A stretch of DNA of 52,044 nt from the IMG/VR virus record IMGVR_UViG_3300025282_000046, positions 1 through 52,044 of that record; one strand, 5' to 3'. The position numbers and the translations under genes were made by a program. The first letter of the stretch is position 1. Each line of letters opens with the position of its first letter. The notes below the pieces were generated by a model. The model was not told where the DNA came from and ran no database searches. It worked only from the letters and a program-made list of their open reading frames with translations. This document shows positions 7,350 through 17,635 of this stretch, in pieces. This DNA is from a virus. Its lineage: Duplodnaviria > Caudoviricetes.

Positions 7350-10300
7350 GTTTGAAACGGATTAAAACCCTGCTCCTCTATTGGTAGTTCCTGTTGTTCC
7401 TGTTTTTTCAAGTGTTTCTTAATCTCTTCGATAGTAGCAGGATCTAATTTAACAGGTGAAACCCTAGAGGCTCCTGCTTTAGTTCGTTGACCAGAAGTTT
7501 GACCCGCCAATACTTGCTCTTCGGTTTCTATACCTAGTCGTTTGTGTTCTTCAGCAAGAGTGCTTTGATATAGATGTTTGTATTCGGAAGGAATAGTATT
7601 GGCTATACGTTCTAACCGTGCAGTCTCAAGGTTACGCATCCTGCTACGCCATTGGGACTTAGAAATTTTCAGTGGAACATTAAACTTCTTCTTGAAGTCT
7701 GTCTCTATGCTTCGTGCTTTAGATATATTATTAGCAATCAAAGCATTCATATAATCACTTTCCATCTGTATAATTATCTCTCTTTGCTTTGCTAAGTAAC
7801 CATCTACCTCTCCCGCTTTAGGGTGGTTCTCTAAATCAATACCTAAACCCCTCATGACAATAGCAAAAGGTTTCTCGTAATTGACTAGTCTACCGTCTCC
7901 CGTAAACACAGGATGATGACCGTCAGGAGTAGTAGTGCTCCAATCAACATGAGTCTTTTGCATCTTACTAGCAAGGTCTGGTAAGAAAGGCGAATCTCCT
8001 AATTGAGGTAGCATACCCATTGCCCTTGTAAATGCTATCCCCCCCGGTACAAGACCAGGAATAGAAGACTTAGCAAATTCCATATCTCCCATGCCAACCT
8101 TTACCATATCTAAAGGAATCGCCACTACAGGTGGTACCCATCCACCCCCCATTACCTCAAAGATAGGATTAACCCCCACTCCCCTAGAAACATCCTTGTG
8201 TCCCATCTCTTTAAATACTTCGTATGCAAGTGATCCTGTGCCCATTACCCTCAAGAGGTCTGCTGTGTAGTGACCACCCCAAATTCTTTTTCCTCCTAAA
8301 AAGGGTACTCCCTCTTTGAAGTATCTATCAGGAGAAATTTGTTTACCTGTCCTAGCATAAGAAGTAAAAGATCTAGCCAAGAAACTTAGAAACTGACGAC
8401 CTAAAGCATTACCTACAAGACCACCGACGGGACCCTTACCTAAGAATGCAGAAGGCATGTTCATAGGTGTGCCACCAAACTGTGCTTCCTGTACAAATCT
8501 ACGGGTGTCTGTTAACCAATTAAAGAAGTTCATCTCGTCTTTGTCCCACACACCACGAGGACGCTTCATTATATTAACACCTGCTTTTCTATAAATTCTA
8601 TCTACAGTATGAGCAGACACGAGACGGTTCATAAGTTCAGCTTTCTCGAAGAGCTTCATGGGAAGGGTCATAGATAAGAAGTGACCCATCCCCTCCTTCT
8701 CTAAAGATTGAACACCTGCATAGGTAGCACCGTCAATGTTTGCAAATACATTTGGTTGTACCCCGAGAAGATCACCAAAATCATCAACGTGTTTGAAGTG
8801 TTTCTTCATTAACTCAGCACGTTTAGCATCAGAAATTCTCAAGCCTAATGGATATCTTTCTTTTGCATACGACATTATTTCTTTGAATGCTGATTTGTAA
8901 GCGGGGAGTACATTATTAAGACCACCCCACATGGCAGCATGCAATAAAGGTTGCATCATGTTGAGCATAACACTCATCATATTTGCACCAAGGAAACCCA
9001 CATAAAGACCCTTAGCCATTGAACCACTAAGACTCTCGTAAGTAGACATGTTCCTAAGATTACTAATAAACTCTTTACCGTGAGAACCCCAACCCTCAAT
9101 TGTTTTTCCTATTCTTCCGTTAGCAAAAGCATTAACCGTCTCATGAGTTCTAATTTGTAGGCCCCTCATTACACCATGTTCAGGAATTCTACGACTAGAA
9201 ATATGTGGAAGAATGGTTTCCTTAAATAAATCGGCACTGTATCTATTATTCATCGCGGCATATTGGTGGGTCATTACATCTCCCAATGTAACACCTCCCG
9301 ATGGTCCTGGTGCTTTACCTCTAACTATGTCCTCAAGAGTAGTAGACATATCCACACGTTGAAATTCTTTTACAGTAGCTTGAGGTGCACTTGATGATTT
9401 TGTTAGAATGTTACTATCTCTCATACTAGTATTCATATTAAAGATATCGTCCATAGTAGAACCGCCACCCGCAGGTAATCCACCCTTACGGATACGATGA
9501 TCCGCTGCAACAATCTCCATCCAAATCTTAGGGTCAGCAACCATCCCATTACCTGCTGGATTTCTAACAGCCTCAACATCATCGTATATTTTGTGAGGAA
9601 TATTACGGCTATAAATTTCAGAGGTATCCTTCATATACCTACCGTGACTTGTTACACCATCAAGCGTATACGAATAAGTAGCGACCCCACTATCGGAGTT
9701 CCTTACAATCTTTTTCTTAGCACTACGAAGACCCGACCTTAAAAGATTAGCGGTTTCACCAGAACCACCATGTAGATTGTTCATTTCCATTAACCACTCG
9801 TAATCTTCAGGGTGATAATTTCTAGATGCAGATGCTCTAGGTGCAAGTCTATTTAAACTCGAAAGGTTCTCAGCACCCGCTATACCTTGAGACCTCATCA
9901 CACCCATGTCTCTACCACCATAATGTATACCTGTATACGGGCTTATCATTGCGGTATCTTTAAAGGTATTACGAGGAGCATAAGTACCGTTCTTGTAATA
10001 AGAATTAACTGTTCCCCTAATCATCTCCTTGAACAATTCTTTCTTCCTACCTACTGACAAACCAACAGTTGAAGAAGCAAACTCGTCCATGGGAAGAAGA
10101 GTTCTAAGGAAGTCCATACCTTCAGCAGATTCCCATAATTGAGCGGCTTTACCCTTACTAGGATCTACCGCTGAAATAATTGTTTCGAGTTTGTCATCAT
10201 CAAATATAAATTGTCTTTCACCTTTTGCATTCCGGAAGCCACCAGAACTGTAAGCAAGATCATCCCCAAAAAGCATAACCGCCCTATGATTATATGATGC

Positions 10301-11407
10301 CCTATAAGCATCACGGATAGGTTCTATATGAAACAACTCTCGTACCTTATCTGCAACACCCGGTTCCATAAGACGAGCCTCTTCTCTGATAGCCCACTCT
10401 AACTCTGCTGTTCCTTCCGTTGCTCTACCACTCCAAGGCTGTACTTTCTTATCAGCAAAAGCAATCTTATTTTGTACTTCAAGAACCTCCCAAGTATCCC
10501 GTTCTACTTTTGCATGAGCCTCTTTCCCACCCCATTTTATATCTTTATATTCTTTACCCCCTAATATCTTTTTCCCACCCCTATCAAATGCAAGACCTTT
10601 TCTAATAGTATTCAAAGTGTTTACCTGAGATTGGCTAGTAAGAAGTACTTTTATTTCGGGAGTGAAACGAGGAATAAGATGTTCAACAGTTCCGTATCCC
10701 TTCTTTAAATCCAAATCTAAAAACTTTTTAATCGTTCTAGCAAACGCCTCATGTTCTCCCGTGTAATTAGGATTAAAAATCTTACTTGTAAGTTTGTCTG
10801 GTCTTTCAACCCCCACTTTCTTACCCACCGCTTGTAACCACTGATCCATATTCTTCGGGGCTTCCTTCAAACCAAGAGAGGTTAGAGAGTGGGGGTTAGC
10901 CTTGTAGTATTTAGCAAGAGAAGCAGAGATAATCTTCTCGTCTACGAGGTAAGCGTGACCACGACGGAGTACGTCTGCTTCCATAAGAACAGGTAAAAGA
11001 GTACCGTCTAGTGCTTGGTTCGCAGATAAAGCATGCAAGTCCTGTAGAAGACCACCCTTACGTTCATAACCCAAACCAGCAGCAACATTTCGACCCGCTC
11101 CGAAGATAACACCAGAACGCCTCATGGCTTCCACAGCAGGAGGGGAAACCGCAGCACCCAACCAAATCCAAGGGTTCGTGGCGATACCTAACATGGTACG
11201 AAGGATACGATTGTCTCCACCATATTTGTCTTTAATTTTTTCTGTTAGGGAAGCCTGTTGTTCTGGGCTAAGATAATTTCGCCTACTCGGTAAAATCAAA
11301 TCCCGTATAGAACCGAAGGTCATCTCGTTGCTAAGTATTTGCTGTAAAGCAACACTTAGCATATCGAAGGATCTAATCGGTGAGAATGGGGTGGATTGGT
11401 ATTCCAT
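7337..11407 (-). CDS. Large virion-associated / DNA ejection-type protein (1356 aa)
   Basis: Size, helical and Gly-rich composition, position at the distal end of the structural operon; no catalytic motif recognised. Confidence 0.5.
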   Translation of the reverse strand: MEYQSTPFSPIRSFDMLSVALQQILSNEMTFGSIRDLILPSRRNYLSPEQQASLTEKIKDKYGGDNRILRTMLGIATNPWIWLGAAVSPPAVEAMRRSGVIFGAGRNVAAGLGYERKGGLLQDLHALSANQALDGTLLPVLMEADVLRRGHAYLVDEKIISASLAKYYKANPHSLTSLGLKEAPKNMDQWLQAVGKKVGVERPDKLTSKIFNPNYTGEHEAFARTIKKFLDLDLKKGYGTVEHLIPRFTPEIKVLLTSQSQVNTLNTIRKGLAFDRGGKKILGGKEYKDIKWGGKEAHAKVERDTWEVLEVQNKIAFADKKVQPWSGRATEGTAELEWAIREEARLMEPGVADKVRELFHIEPIRDAYRASYNHRAVMLFGDDLAYSSGGFRNAKGERQFIFDDDKLETIISAVDPSKGKAAQLWESAEGMDFLRTLLPMDEFASSTVGLSVGRKKELFKEMIRGTVNSYYKNGTYAPRNTFKDTAMISPYTGIHYGGRDMGVMRSQGIAGAENLSSLNRLAPRASASRNYHPEDYEWLMEMNNLHGGSGETANLLRSGLRSAKKKIVRNSDSGVATYSYTLDGVTSHGRYMKDTSEIYSRNIPHKIYDDVEAVRNPAGNGMVADPKIWMEIVAADHRIRKGGLPAGGGSTMDDIFNMNTSMRDSNILTKSSSAPQATVKEFQRVDMSTTLEDIVRGKAPGPSGGVTLGDVMTHQYAAMNNRYSADLFKETILPHISSRRIPEHGVMRGLQIRTHETVNAFANGRIGKTIEGWGSHGKEFISNLRNMSTYESLSGSMAKGLYVGFLGANMMSVMLNMMQPLLHAAMWGGLNNVLPAYKSAFKEIMSYAKERYPLGLRISDAKRAELMKKHFKHVDDFGDLLGVQPNVFANIDGATYAGVQSLEKEGMGHFLSMTLPMKLFEKAELMNRLVSAHTVDRIYRKAGVNIMKRPRGVWDKDEMNFFNWLTDTRRFVQEAQFGGTPMNMPSAFLGKGPVGGLVGNALGRQFLSFLARSFTSYARTGKQISPDRYFKEGVPFLGGKRIWGGHYTADLLRVMGTGSLAYEVFKEMGHKDVSRGVGVNPIFEVMGGGWVPPVVAIPLDMVKVGMGDMEFAKSSIPGLVPGGIAFTRAMGMLPQLGDSPFLPDLASKMQKTHVDWSTTTPDGHHPVFTGDGRLVNYEKPFAIVMRGLGIDLENHPKAGEVDGYLAKQREIIIQMESDYMNALIANNISKARSIETDFKKKFNVPLKISKSQWRSRMRNLETARLERIANTIPSEYKHLYQSTLAEEHKRLGIETEEQVLAGQTSGQRTKAGASRVSPVKLDPATIEEIKKHLKKQEQQELPIEEQGFNPFQTWNQ

Positions 11408-11472
11408 CTACTTGATTATACGAGAAACCGGACAGAGCGGAGGGCGTTTACATGCATGCCGTCTGCCCGGTT
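11408..11472 (-). promoter_or_regulatory. Hairpin (11426-11472) followed by a -10 box TATAAT 7 nt before ATG 11407 (leaderless promoter)
   Basis: Minus strand reads ...CTCG TATAAT CAAGTAG ATG; AACCGGACAGA / TCTGCCCGGTT inverted repeat upstream. Confidence 0.5.
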
Positions 11473-11494
11473 CGTATCCTTGACTCAGAAAGGA

Positions 11495-11893
11495 TTAGCG
11501 TATTTTTTGTCGGATACGAAGTTGTATCACCATCTCGGACGCAGTACTAGTACCTGTAATCTCCATACCTACCCAACTTCCCGAAGGAATTAGGTTAGCA
11601 GTTTCAGTAATTGTAAACTCCACAGGTGTACCTGCGGTTCCTGAAATTGCCAAAGCAGATGTAAGATCTGTACCAGATGCGATTGCACCCGATGCTGCCG
11701 TCGTTAATTTGAGAGTAGCATCGGCATCATTAACACCGAAGATACACCAAGCAGCATCAATAACCGTATCCTTCTCTGCGTAGAAAAGGAACTGGTCGTC
11801 CACAACAACGCCACCTGTTGAACCACAAGGCACAACAATAGTCGATAATAGGTCGGGGGATTCTTGAATTGGGAGGACTGATTCACCAGCCAT
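11495..11893 (-). CDS. Small beta-rich virion protein (decoration/cement-like)
   Basis: T/A/G/S-rich beta-strand pattern, 132 aa, in the late operon. Confidence 0.4.
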   Translation of the reverse strand: MAGESVLPIQESPDLLSTIVVPCGSTGGVVVDDQFLFYAEKDTVIDAAWCIFGVNDADATLKLTTAASGAIASGTDLTSALAISGTAGTPVEFTITETANLIPSGSWVGMEITGTSTASEMVIQLRIRQKIR

Positions 11894-11895
11894 AG

Positions 11896-12405
11896 TTAAA
11901 CTCCTAAACTTTGCATTAGCTCATCTTGAGCCGATTTGGGTTTCTCGAACTGCCCTTGAGCCATACCCATAGCGAGTTCTTCCATTAAATCTGTACGAGG
12001 CTGACCACCAAAGACAACAGCGTCTTTAGGTAGGGTCCGTCCCGCCATCACTTCATTGTACAAATGAGGATCGATTGCCGCAAGCCTCATAGCCGATCGG
12101 GCTATTTTTCTTTGTAGCCCTTCTATCTCTACTCGTGTTCTAATTGCCCGTTGTTGCTGCTCATTCTGTATTCGGGCATCTTGGATCATGTTGTTATAAT
12201 GATCATCTTTATCGACAATAGAATCATACATGGGCTTAACTGCCATGTCATAACCTATATGCTTACCCCCGAACCATACCGCGGGAGAAGCCGTTACCAT
12301 CTTCTCCATGGTGCTCATGTCTTTAAAGGGAATACCCGTAAAGATGGACTGAGTTTTATCGAAGGCTCTACCCGCCCCTTTTAAAGCACCAGTAATCAAT
12401 CCCAT
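11896..12405 (-). CDS. Hypothetical virion/ejection-type protein
   Basis: Tightly packed in the late operon; helical, Gly/Met-rich. Confidence 0.5.
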   Translation of the reverse strand: MGLITGALKGAGRAFDKTQSIFTGIPFKDMSTMEKMVTASPAVWFGGKHIGYDMAVKPMYDSIVDKDDHYNNMIQDARIQNEQQQRAIRTRVEIEGLQRKIARSAMRLAAIDPHLYNEVMAGRTLPKDAVVFGGQPRTDLMEELAMGMAQGQFEKPKSAQDELMQSLGV

Positions 12406-12789
12406 TTACATTCCTCCAGCAGCTGCGAAATTCATCATCATACTTTGTATGTCAGGAGGTGCCATAGAAGCCCTCGCTATACTCTCGTGTGTTTTACCGC
12501 CCAGTAAACTAGCAAGGTCTTCACTCATACTCCGTTGAAATTCTTGCCTACCATAGTTGGTAGCCTTAGCAAGCTTCTCCATATTAGATAGATCCCGAGC
12601 AAAGTGCCTTTGGCTTACCAATTCATCAGCGGCTTGAGCAGTAGGGTATGTTGCCGCTTGCATTGCTTGCCACCCGGCTTGACCCGCCTTATCAGTATCA
12701 CTTGTACCTCCCAGTAAACCAGAGTGGTACATTATATCATAAAGCGTGTAACCTCCTAAACCGAGACCTAGTAGTGGACCTATAGCCAT
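12406..12789 (-). CDS. Small protein with N-terminal glycine-zipper hydrophobic segment (ejection/pilot-like)
   Basis: MAIGPLLGLGLGGYTLY start (ATG 12789). Confidence 0.5.
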   Translation of the reverse strand: MAIGPLLGLGLGGYTLYDIMYHSGLLGGTSDTDKAGQAGWQAMQAATYPTAQAADELVSQRHFARDLSNMEKLAKATNYGRQEFQRSMSEDLASLLGGKTHESIARASMAPPDIQSMMMNFAAAGGM

Positions 12790-12810
12790 GACAACCCCCA
12801 CTCTATTTTA

Positions 12811-15072
12811 TTAAGCAGCATTTCGTTCATTACCCATAATAGTACCAAAAACACCCGCTAATAACAAAGCAGGCAACAACATTTTTAAACTCTTTCCTCT
12901 TACCTTAGATAAAGCATCGTCAAATAGTTTCTCACTTTGGAATAAACCCTTTAGAGTCACAGGTGAAGTTCCTGTTGCCCGTTTCTCGGCTAGTGCTTTG
13001 AAGTATCGGGTCCGTTCTCTTGAATCAGCGGCCATTCTTTCTATCTGGGAGAGACCCTTATCTTCTTGAGGTATCGAGAACTGAAGCTTGTTTCGGAACC
13101 AACCACCTATGGTATCGATCCTGCCCCTCTTCGCTTTTATCTTTTGTTTAGGCGTAGAGATAGTTTCTTCTACTATTGGTGTTTCAGGGAGAACATTAGC
13201 AGGATGGATTCTAACTGTCGTCGGTTTACTAGTTCCTAATCGTTCACCAGTAGAAACCTCAGTCGTTGTTCCATATAATCTAGGGTCTTTATCTATCATT
13301 CGCCAAGAGTAAGGATCATCTATAGATGTGGCAGCACCTTTTGCTTCTGATAAAGATGAGGCTCTACTTACACCCCCATGTAGAACCTGTACTTGTTTAG
13401 GTACAGGATCAGCCGCTCTTACTATACGATCAGTCGCTCCTACTTCGACGGCTCGTTCTTTAAACTTTCCCGGAATAGCACCGAACTGAGCCCAAAAGGT
13501 AGGATGGTCTTTGAGCATCGCATTACCAATGGTCCATATTTTAGTTTTACGATTATACTGGGCACCGTAATGTTCTAAATATTTTCTTAGCTCTGGATTT
13601 TCGTAGGTAGTTAACCCTACTTTTTTAAGGTTTAACACAACTCTATTTCGAACTAATCGACTTAGGGTTACTTTACCTTTAGCATCTACCTTACCTTTTA
13701 TAGGAGTTTCTCTTACTTGAAATTGTCCTTTTTTCTTTCCTCTCAAAGGATACTTACCAGTTCGAGAGGCTTCGAATTCCCCTTCTTTTAATTGGTTAAT
13801 TAACCGGGAGGCTTCTCTTCTTGTAAGGATTACATCAGTATTAACGACTCCTAATTTCTTAAGGATATCGAGTTGCTTGCTAGTAGGACCTGGAAGATCG
13901 ACATTAACCGCTGCACTTACTGTCCCCGCTGGTCGGGTCACCCCAACAATACTTCTACCCCCACCCGCTTTACCTGTTAGTTGAGATTCTGGAGTTGCGG
14001 AAGTAACGATGGGATTATCTGCACCACGAACACCTATTATCCTCTTTGCTTTCCCCTTTCCTTCTGTCATCATCGAAGGTTTTTCTTCTATGTATTTTGA
14101 GAATTCGTCCATGCCTTCTAGAAGACCTAGTTTTTCTATCCCTGCAGGAAGTCTAACCTGCTTAGTTGCTTTCGCTGCTTTCGCTGCAATCCGTTCTGCT
14201 TGTTCTATACCTGCAAACTTACCTGCTTGTGTACCTACCCTTTCAAATCCATATCTCTTACTTTGTTTTGATAAGTCTCTGAAGTAGTCAACTCTCGGAC
14301 GCAACTTTTTCGTCTTAGGATCAAGAGTCTCATAATGAAACTTGGTGTTCTTCGCAAATACTGCTTTCTGCGTTCTCTTTTCTGCGGAGGTAAGAAGTTC
14401 ACCATTAGGATGTTTATCTGGAAGATGAGAATTCTCAGGTCTTATTAGTAAATCGAGGTTGGTTTTTGTATTTTCATACTGAGAAGTTAACCCTAAAAAT
14501 TCATATAAAGGAATCTCTTTAACCGCTCCTGCACCTATACCATACTTCGGTACAACTTGAGAAATTTTAATAGGCTTACCTGTTACGGGATGAACCGCCA
14601 CATTTAATTTGTTGAGTCCCTTCTGAAGTTCTGTTACGAGTTCTTCCCAAACAGGAGTTAGCCTTAAACCCCTACCCTGACCCTTGTAACGATTCTCTAC
14701 GAGTATTTTTTTCCCCCCCGCTATATTCTTATCGACAAATTCCCCCATATGATAGAGTACAAGACCTGAAGGATCTCCCGCTCTACCTCTAAGAGCCTTA
14801 GTCATTAGAGAGAGATCATCCACCACACTCTCTCCTCTAGGTAGAGAGAGTATCTTAATCATGTCCTTTAGGGATATAGATTTCCCGTAACGTTTTACCG
14901 GGCCGCTACGTAGTTCTACACCACTACGACCTTGGTTAATAAAACCCCAATCGCCCGACAACTTTTCGGAGCCAGTAAGTTGTGCTGCAACATTAGTTTG
15001 TGCTGTTGCATACAAAGTCCTCAACTTTGCCGGTGACTGCTTACTCCAAACCTGTTTGACTTTTTCAGCCAC
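12811..15072 (-). CDS. Very basic mosaic protein (753 aa) with small embedded domains and C-terminal hydrophobic tail
   Basis: 'PTSKQLDILKKLG...TRREASRLINQL' and 'LEHYGAQYNRKTKIWTI' mini-domains; tail KMLLPALLLAGVFGTIMGNE. Confidence 0.55.
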   Translation of the reverse strand: MAEKVKQVWSKQSPAKLRTLYATAQTNVAAQLTGSEKLSGDWGFINQGRSGVELRSGPVKRYGKSISLKDMIKILSLPRGESVVDDLSLMTKALRGRAGDPSGLVLYHMGEFVDKNIAGGKKILVENRYKGQGRGLRLTPVWEELVTELQKGLNKLNVAVHPVTGKPIKISQVVPKYGIGAGAVKEIPLYEFLGLTSQYENTKTNLDLLIRPENSHLPDKHPNGELLTSAEKRTQKAVFAKNTKFHYETLDPKTKKLRPRVDYFRDLSKQSKRYGFERVGTQAGKFAGIEQAERIAAKAAKATKQVRLPAGIEKLGLLEGMDEFSKYIEEKPSMMTEGKGKAKRIIGVRGADNPIVTSATPESQLTGKAGGGRSIVGVTRPAGTVSAAVNVDLPGPTSKQLDILKKLGVVNTDVILTRREASRLINQLKEGEFEASRTGKYPLRGKKKGQFQVRETPIKGKVDAKGKVTLSRLVRNRVVLNLKKVGLTTYENPELRKYLEHYGAQYNRKTKIWTIGNAMLKDHPTFWAQFGAIPGKFKERAVEVGATDRIVRAADPVPKQVQVLHGGVSRASSLSEAKGAATSIDDPYSWRMIDKDPRLYGTTTEVSTGERLGTSKPTTVRIHPANVLPETPIVEETISTPKQKIKAKRGRIDTIGGWFRNKLQFSIPQEDKGLSQIERMAADSRERTRYFKALAEKRATGTSPVTLKGLFQSEKLFDDALSKVRGKSLKMLLPALLLAGVFGTIMGNERNAA

Positions 15073-15386
15073 TACTCACCCCGCATTCGAGATGCTACTT
15101 TGGATGAAGTTAATGCCCCCACTCCAACATAGGATTTATCTTCGTCCTCTATATAAGCAGACCAGATAACCGCTTTCTTTCTTTGGAGTGCTCGCTTCTT
15201 TCGGTTCTCCCACAAAAACTTCCTCACCTTCTTAGCGGAGAGTTCTCTACCTTCGATCTCTAAACAAAAATCATCGTCCGACAGATTCACTACCTCTCCT
15301 ATAGAGTGGGGGGTTAATCGGACAATAGCAGCCTCCTTCTCTTCGTGTAGGCTAACTAGTTTACGAGATATTTCTTTCCAATTCAC
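15072..15386 (-). CDS. Hypothetical protein
   Basis: Overlaps start/stop codons of both neighbours. Confidence 0.6.
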   Translation of the reverse strand: MNWKEISRKLVSLHEEKEAAIVRLTPHSIGEVVNLSDDDFCLEIEGRELSAKKVRKFLWENRKKRALQRKKAVIWSAYIEDEDKSYVGVGALTSSKVASRMRGE

Positions 15387-17623
15387 GGTTTCTTTTTAGA
15401 CTTAGGTTTAGGTTTACCTCGTCTAGTAATAATATCTAGACCTTGATTATACATGGCTTGGTCGGCCGTCTCTTCTGCAGCCATGAAAGCATCGAATCTA
15501 TCTGTGTATTGTTGTTGACCTAATGCTCTTTGGGTATCTCGTGTGTTTACTATAGTTTCATCAAAGTACAAATCTGATTCGTCCCTTGCGGTTTCCCATT
15601 CCAACTTCGCAGCTTCTGCTTCAGCGGATTCTTTTTCTAAACCCGCAGTTTGGGCTGATTCGAACATCGCTCTAAGATGTATGTCTCTAACTTCAGGGGT
15701 CATATTTTTCCCCCACTGGCTTTGGTCCACCATAGCCTTCATATTACCCATCCATTCAGGATCGAGGTCTCTATAGGGTACACCGTTAATAACGGTAGTC
15801 CCTCCCGTATAAGGATTAGTATTTCCAAGTGCACTTTGAAGTTGACCTTGTAATATAATGGGATCTTTAGGTCCACCCTTACCAGCAGAGAGTAGATCGT
15901 TTGCGAGACCACCTAATTGAGCCATTGCTATACGCGAGGTCTTCATTCCATCTTGCATCTTTTCAATATCTTCTTCCCGTACACCCGATGCTACTAGGGC
16001 ATCTCGTGTAGATTGACTGTAAACTTCAGCATCTATAGAACCTTTTTTTCCCATCTCAAGAAACTTATCCATCATTCCCATAAGTGCTGTGTATCCTGTT
16101 CCTTTACTTTCGGAAAGGATAGCAACGAGTTTATCTGTTGCTTCTTTTCTTGCTTTTTCATCTCCCATCATTCCGGAATGAAGATGCTCGATAAGGATGG
16201 GAGTCATTTTATCTAAAACGTCTGCTTGTTCTTTGTAACCTTGACTTCTTAAATTATTCGACATGGCTTTCGTAATATTAATTTGCATGTTCGTTTTAGA
16301 TGTGGGTTTATATGCCATAACCTCTTCATTACCATAACCACCCTGCCCTAATAAATTAGGGTTTCCTTGTGCTGTACTAAAGGCTTGACGCATCCCCGCT
16401 AATTTGTCCATGTCTATATCGTCACCATATCCCATTTCTTCCGCTATATCCATAGCCATAAACGAATTAAACTGGTCACCCGTTTCGGCTCTATCCGCAT
16501 TAGTTTCTCCAATAGATAACATGGGTTGACCCATTTCATTTTGGTATTTTTCTTGAAAAAGTTTATATCCCTTCTCAAATTCTTTGTCGGATAAACCATA
16601 TCCTCGAGCCATACTATGAGCGGCAGCATATGCTTTTTCTCTATCTACTTCTATTGCCTCGATTAAAGCTTTATCGTCTTCCCATATATCGTGGTAGGCG
16701 TAAGTACCCGTGCTTGTACCGGGAACCGTATCAACATGTCCACCCATAATGTTGAAACCAGCAAATTTGTTAAGAGCACGGGTCCAATCTGCCATGCCTG
16801 GTCGGTTTTCAGGATCTACTTCGAATATGAGTCTACCTAATTGACCACCCGGATGATAAACATCTGCATAACCTGACGCTTGTAACGCTCTAATAGTGTT
16901 CCGTTCTTCTTGTAAGGCAACCTGATTAGATACGAGACTACCTATATATTGATTTACTGCTTGTTGACGATCTTTAAATTCTGCCCCCATATCCATCAGC
17001 ATTTGATATTCGATGTCTTGTTTTTTACCAAGTTCTAATCGCTGTCCGTCGTTGATTTTTTTGTGTTCGCTCCATTGTTCTGGAGTGAAATGTAAACCGG
17101 GAGCCCCACCAGGATTATACTGGAACCTACCACTAGGGGCTCCTGCTTGAGACTGATATCTTTGAGGGGCGTAATTTATAGTTCCACCTTGTTGGCTACC
17201 CATATTGTTGTATCCACTATTTGTGTATACTTGCCCTGCATATTCCATCATTCTTCGTCGACGTTCATTGTCTGCTTGCTGTAGAACCAATGCCATTTCT
17301 TGTTGTTGAGCATTTTGATCCCCCTGCCATTGGTTTTGTTTTTCTTGTTGTAAAGCAACAGCATCTCTACCCTTTTGAGCATCCGCTAATCGTTGAGATT
17401 GCATATTCTCATTTGAAGTAATCATCTGTTGTTGCATACCAGATGAATGGTCGAGAGACATCTTTAATTTAGCCCCCGCATCTTTACGAGCAATCTCTGC
17501 TTCATTAGCGGCATCCTTACGAGCAATTTCTGCATCTTGAAGTTTATCTTGACTTATTTGGCCTAGAGCGGCAGACGCTAGAGCTTGCTGTGCTTGTTGA
17601 GATATTCCAGGGGTTATACCCAT
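15383..17623 (-). CDS. Putative DNA ejection (internal virion) protein
   Basis: Gln/Ala/Met-rich coiled-coil composition, downstream of the nozzle gene, as in podovirus ejection genes. Confidence 0.5.
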   Translation of the reverse strand: MGITPGISQQAQQALASAALGQISQDKLQDAEIARKDAANEAEIARKDAGAKLKMSLDHSSGMQQQMITSNENMQSQRLADAQKGRDAVALQQEKQNQWQGDQNAQQQEMALVLQQADNERRRRMMEYAGQVYTNSGYNNMGSQQGGTINYAPQRYQSQAGAPSGRFQYNPGGAPGLHFTPEQWSEHKKINDGQRLELGKKQDIEYQMLMDMGAEFKDRQQAVNQYIGSLVSNQVALQEERNTIRALQASGYADVYHPGGQLGRLIFEVDPENRPGMADWTRALNKFAGFNIMGGHVDTVPGTSTGTYAYHDIWEDDKALIEAIEVDREKAYAAAHSMARGYGLSDKEFEKGYKLFQEKYQNEMGQPMLSIGETNADRAETGDQFNSFMAMDIAEEMGYGDDIDMDKLAGMRQAFSTAQGNPNLLGQGGYGNEEVMAYKPTSKTNMQINITKAMSNNLRSQGYKEQADVLDKMTPILIEHLHSGMMGDEKARKEATDKLVAILSESKGTGYTALMGMMDKFLEMGKKGSIDAEVYSQSTRDALVASGVREEDIEKMQDGMKTSRIAMAQLGGLANDLLSAGKGGPKDPIILQGQLQSALGNTNPYTGGTTVINGVPYRDLDPEWMGNMKAMVDQSQWGKNMTPEVRDIHLRAMFESAQTAGLEKESAEAEAAKLEWETARDESDLYFDETIVNTRDTQRALGQQQYTDRFDAFMAAEETADQAMYNQGLDIITRRGKPKPKSKKKP

Positions 17624-17635
17624 AATATTTTTATC

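Noticed and set aside
7337-11407. Virion RNA polymerase or lytic transglycosylase in the 1356-aa protein
   Set aside because: No DxDGD, T7-like polymerase or lysozyme motif recognised by eye; a structure search is needed
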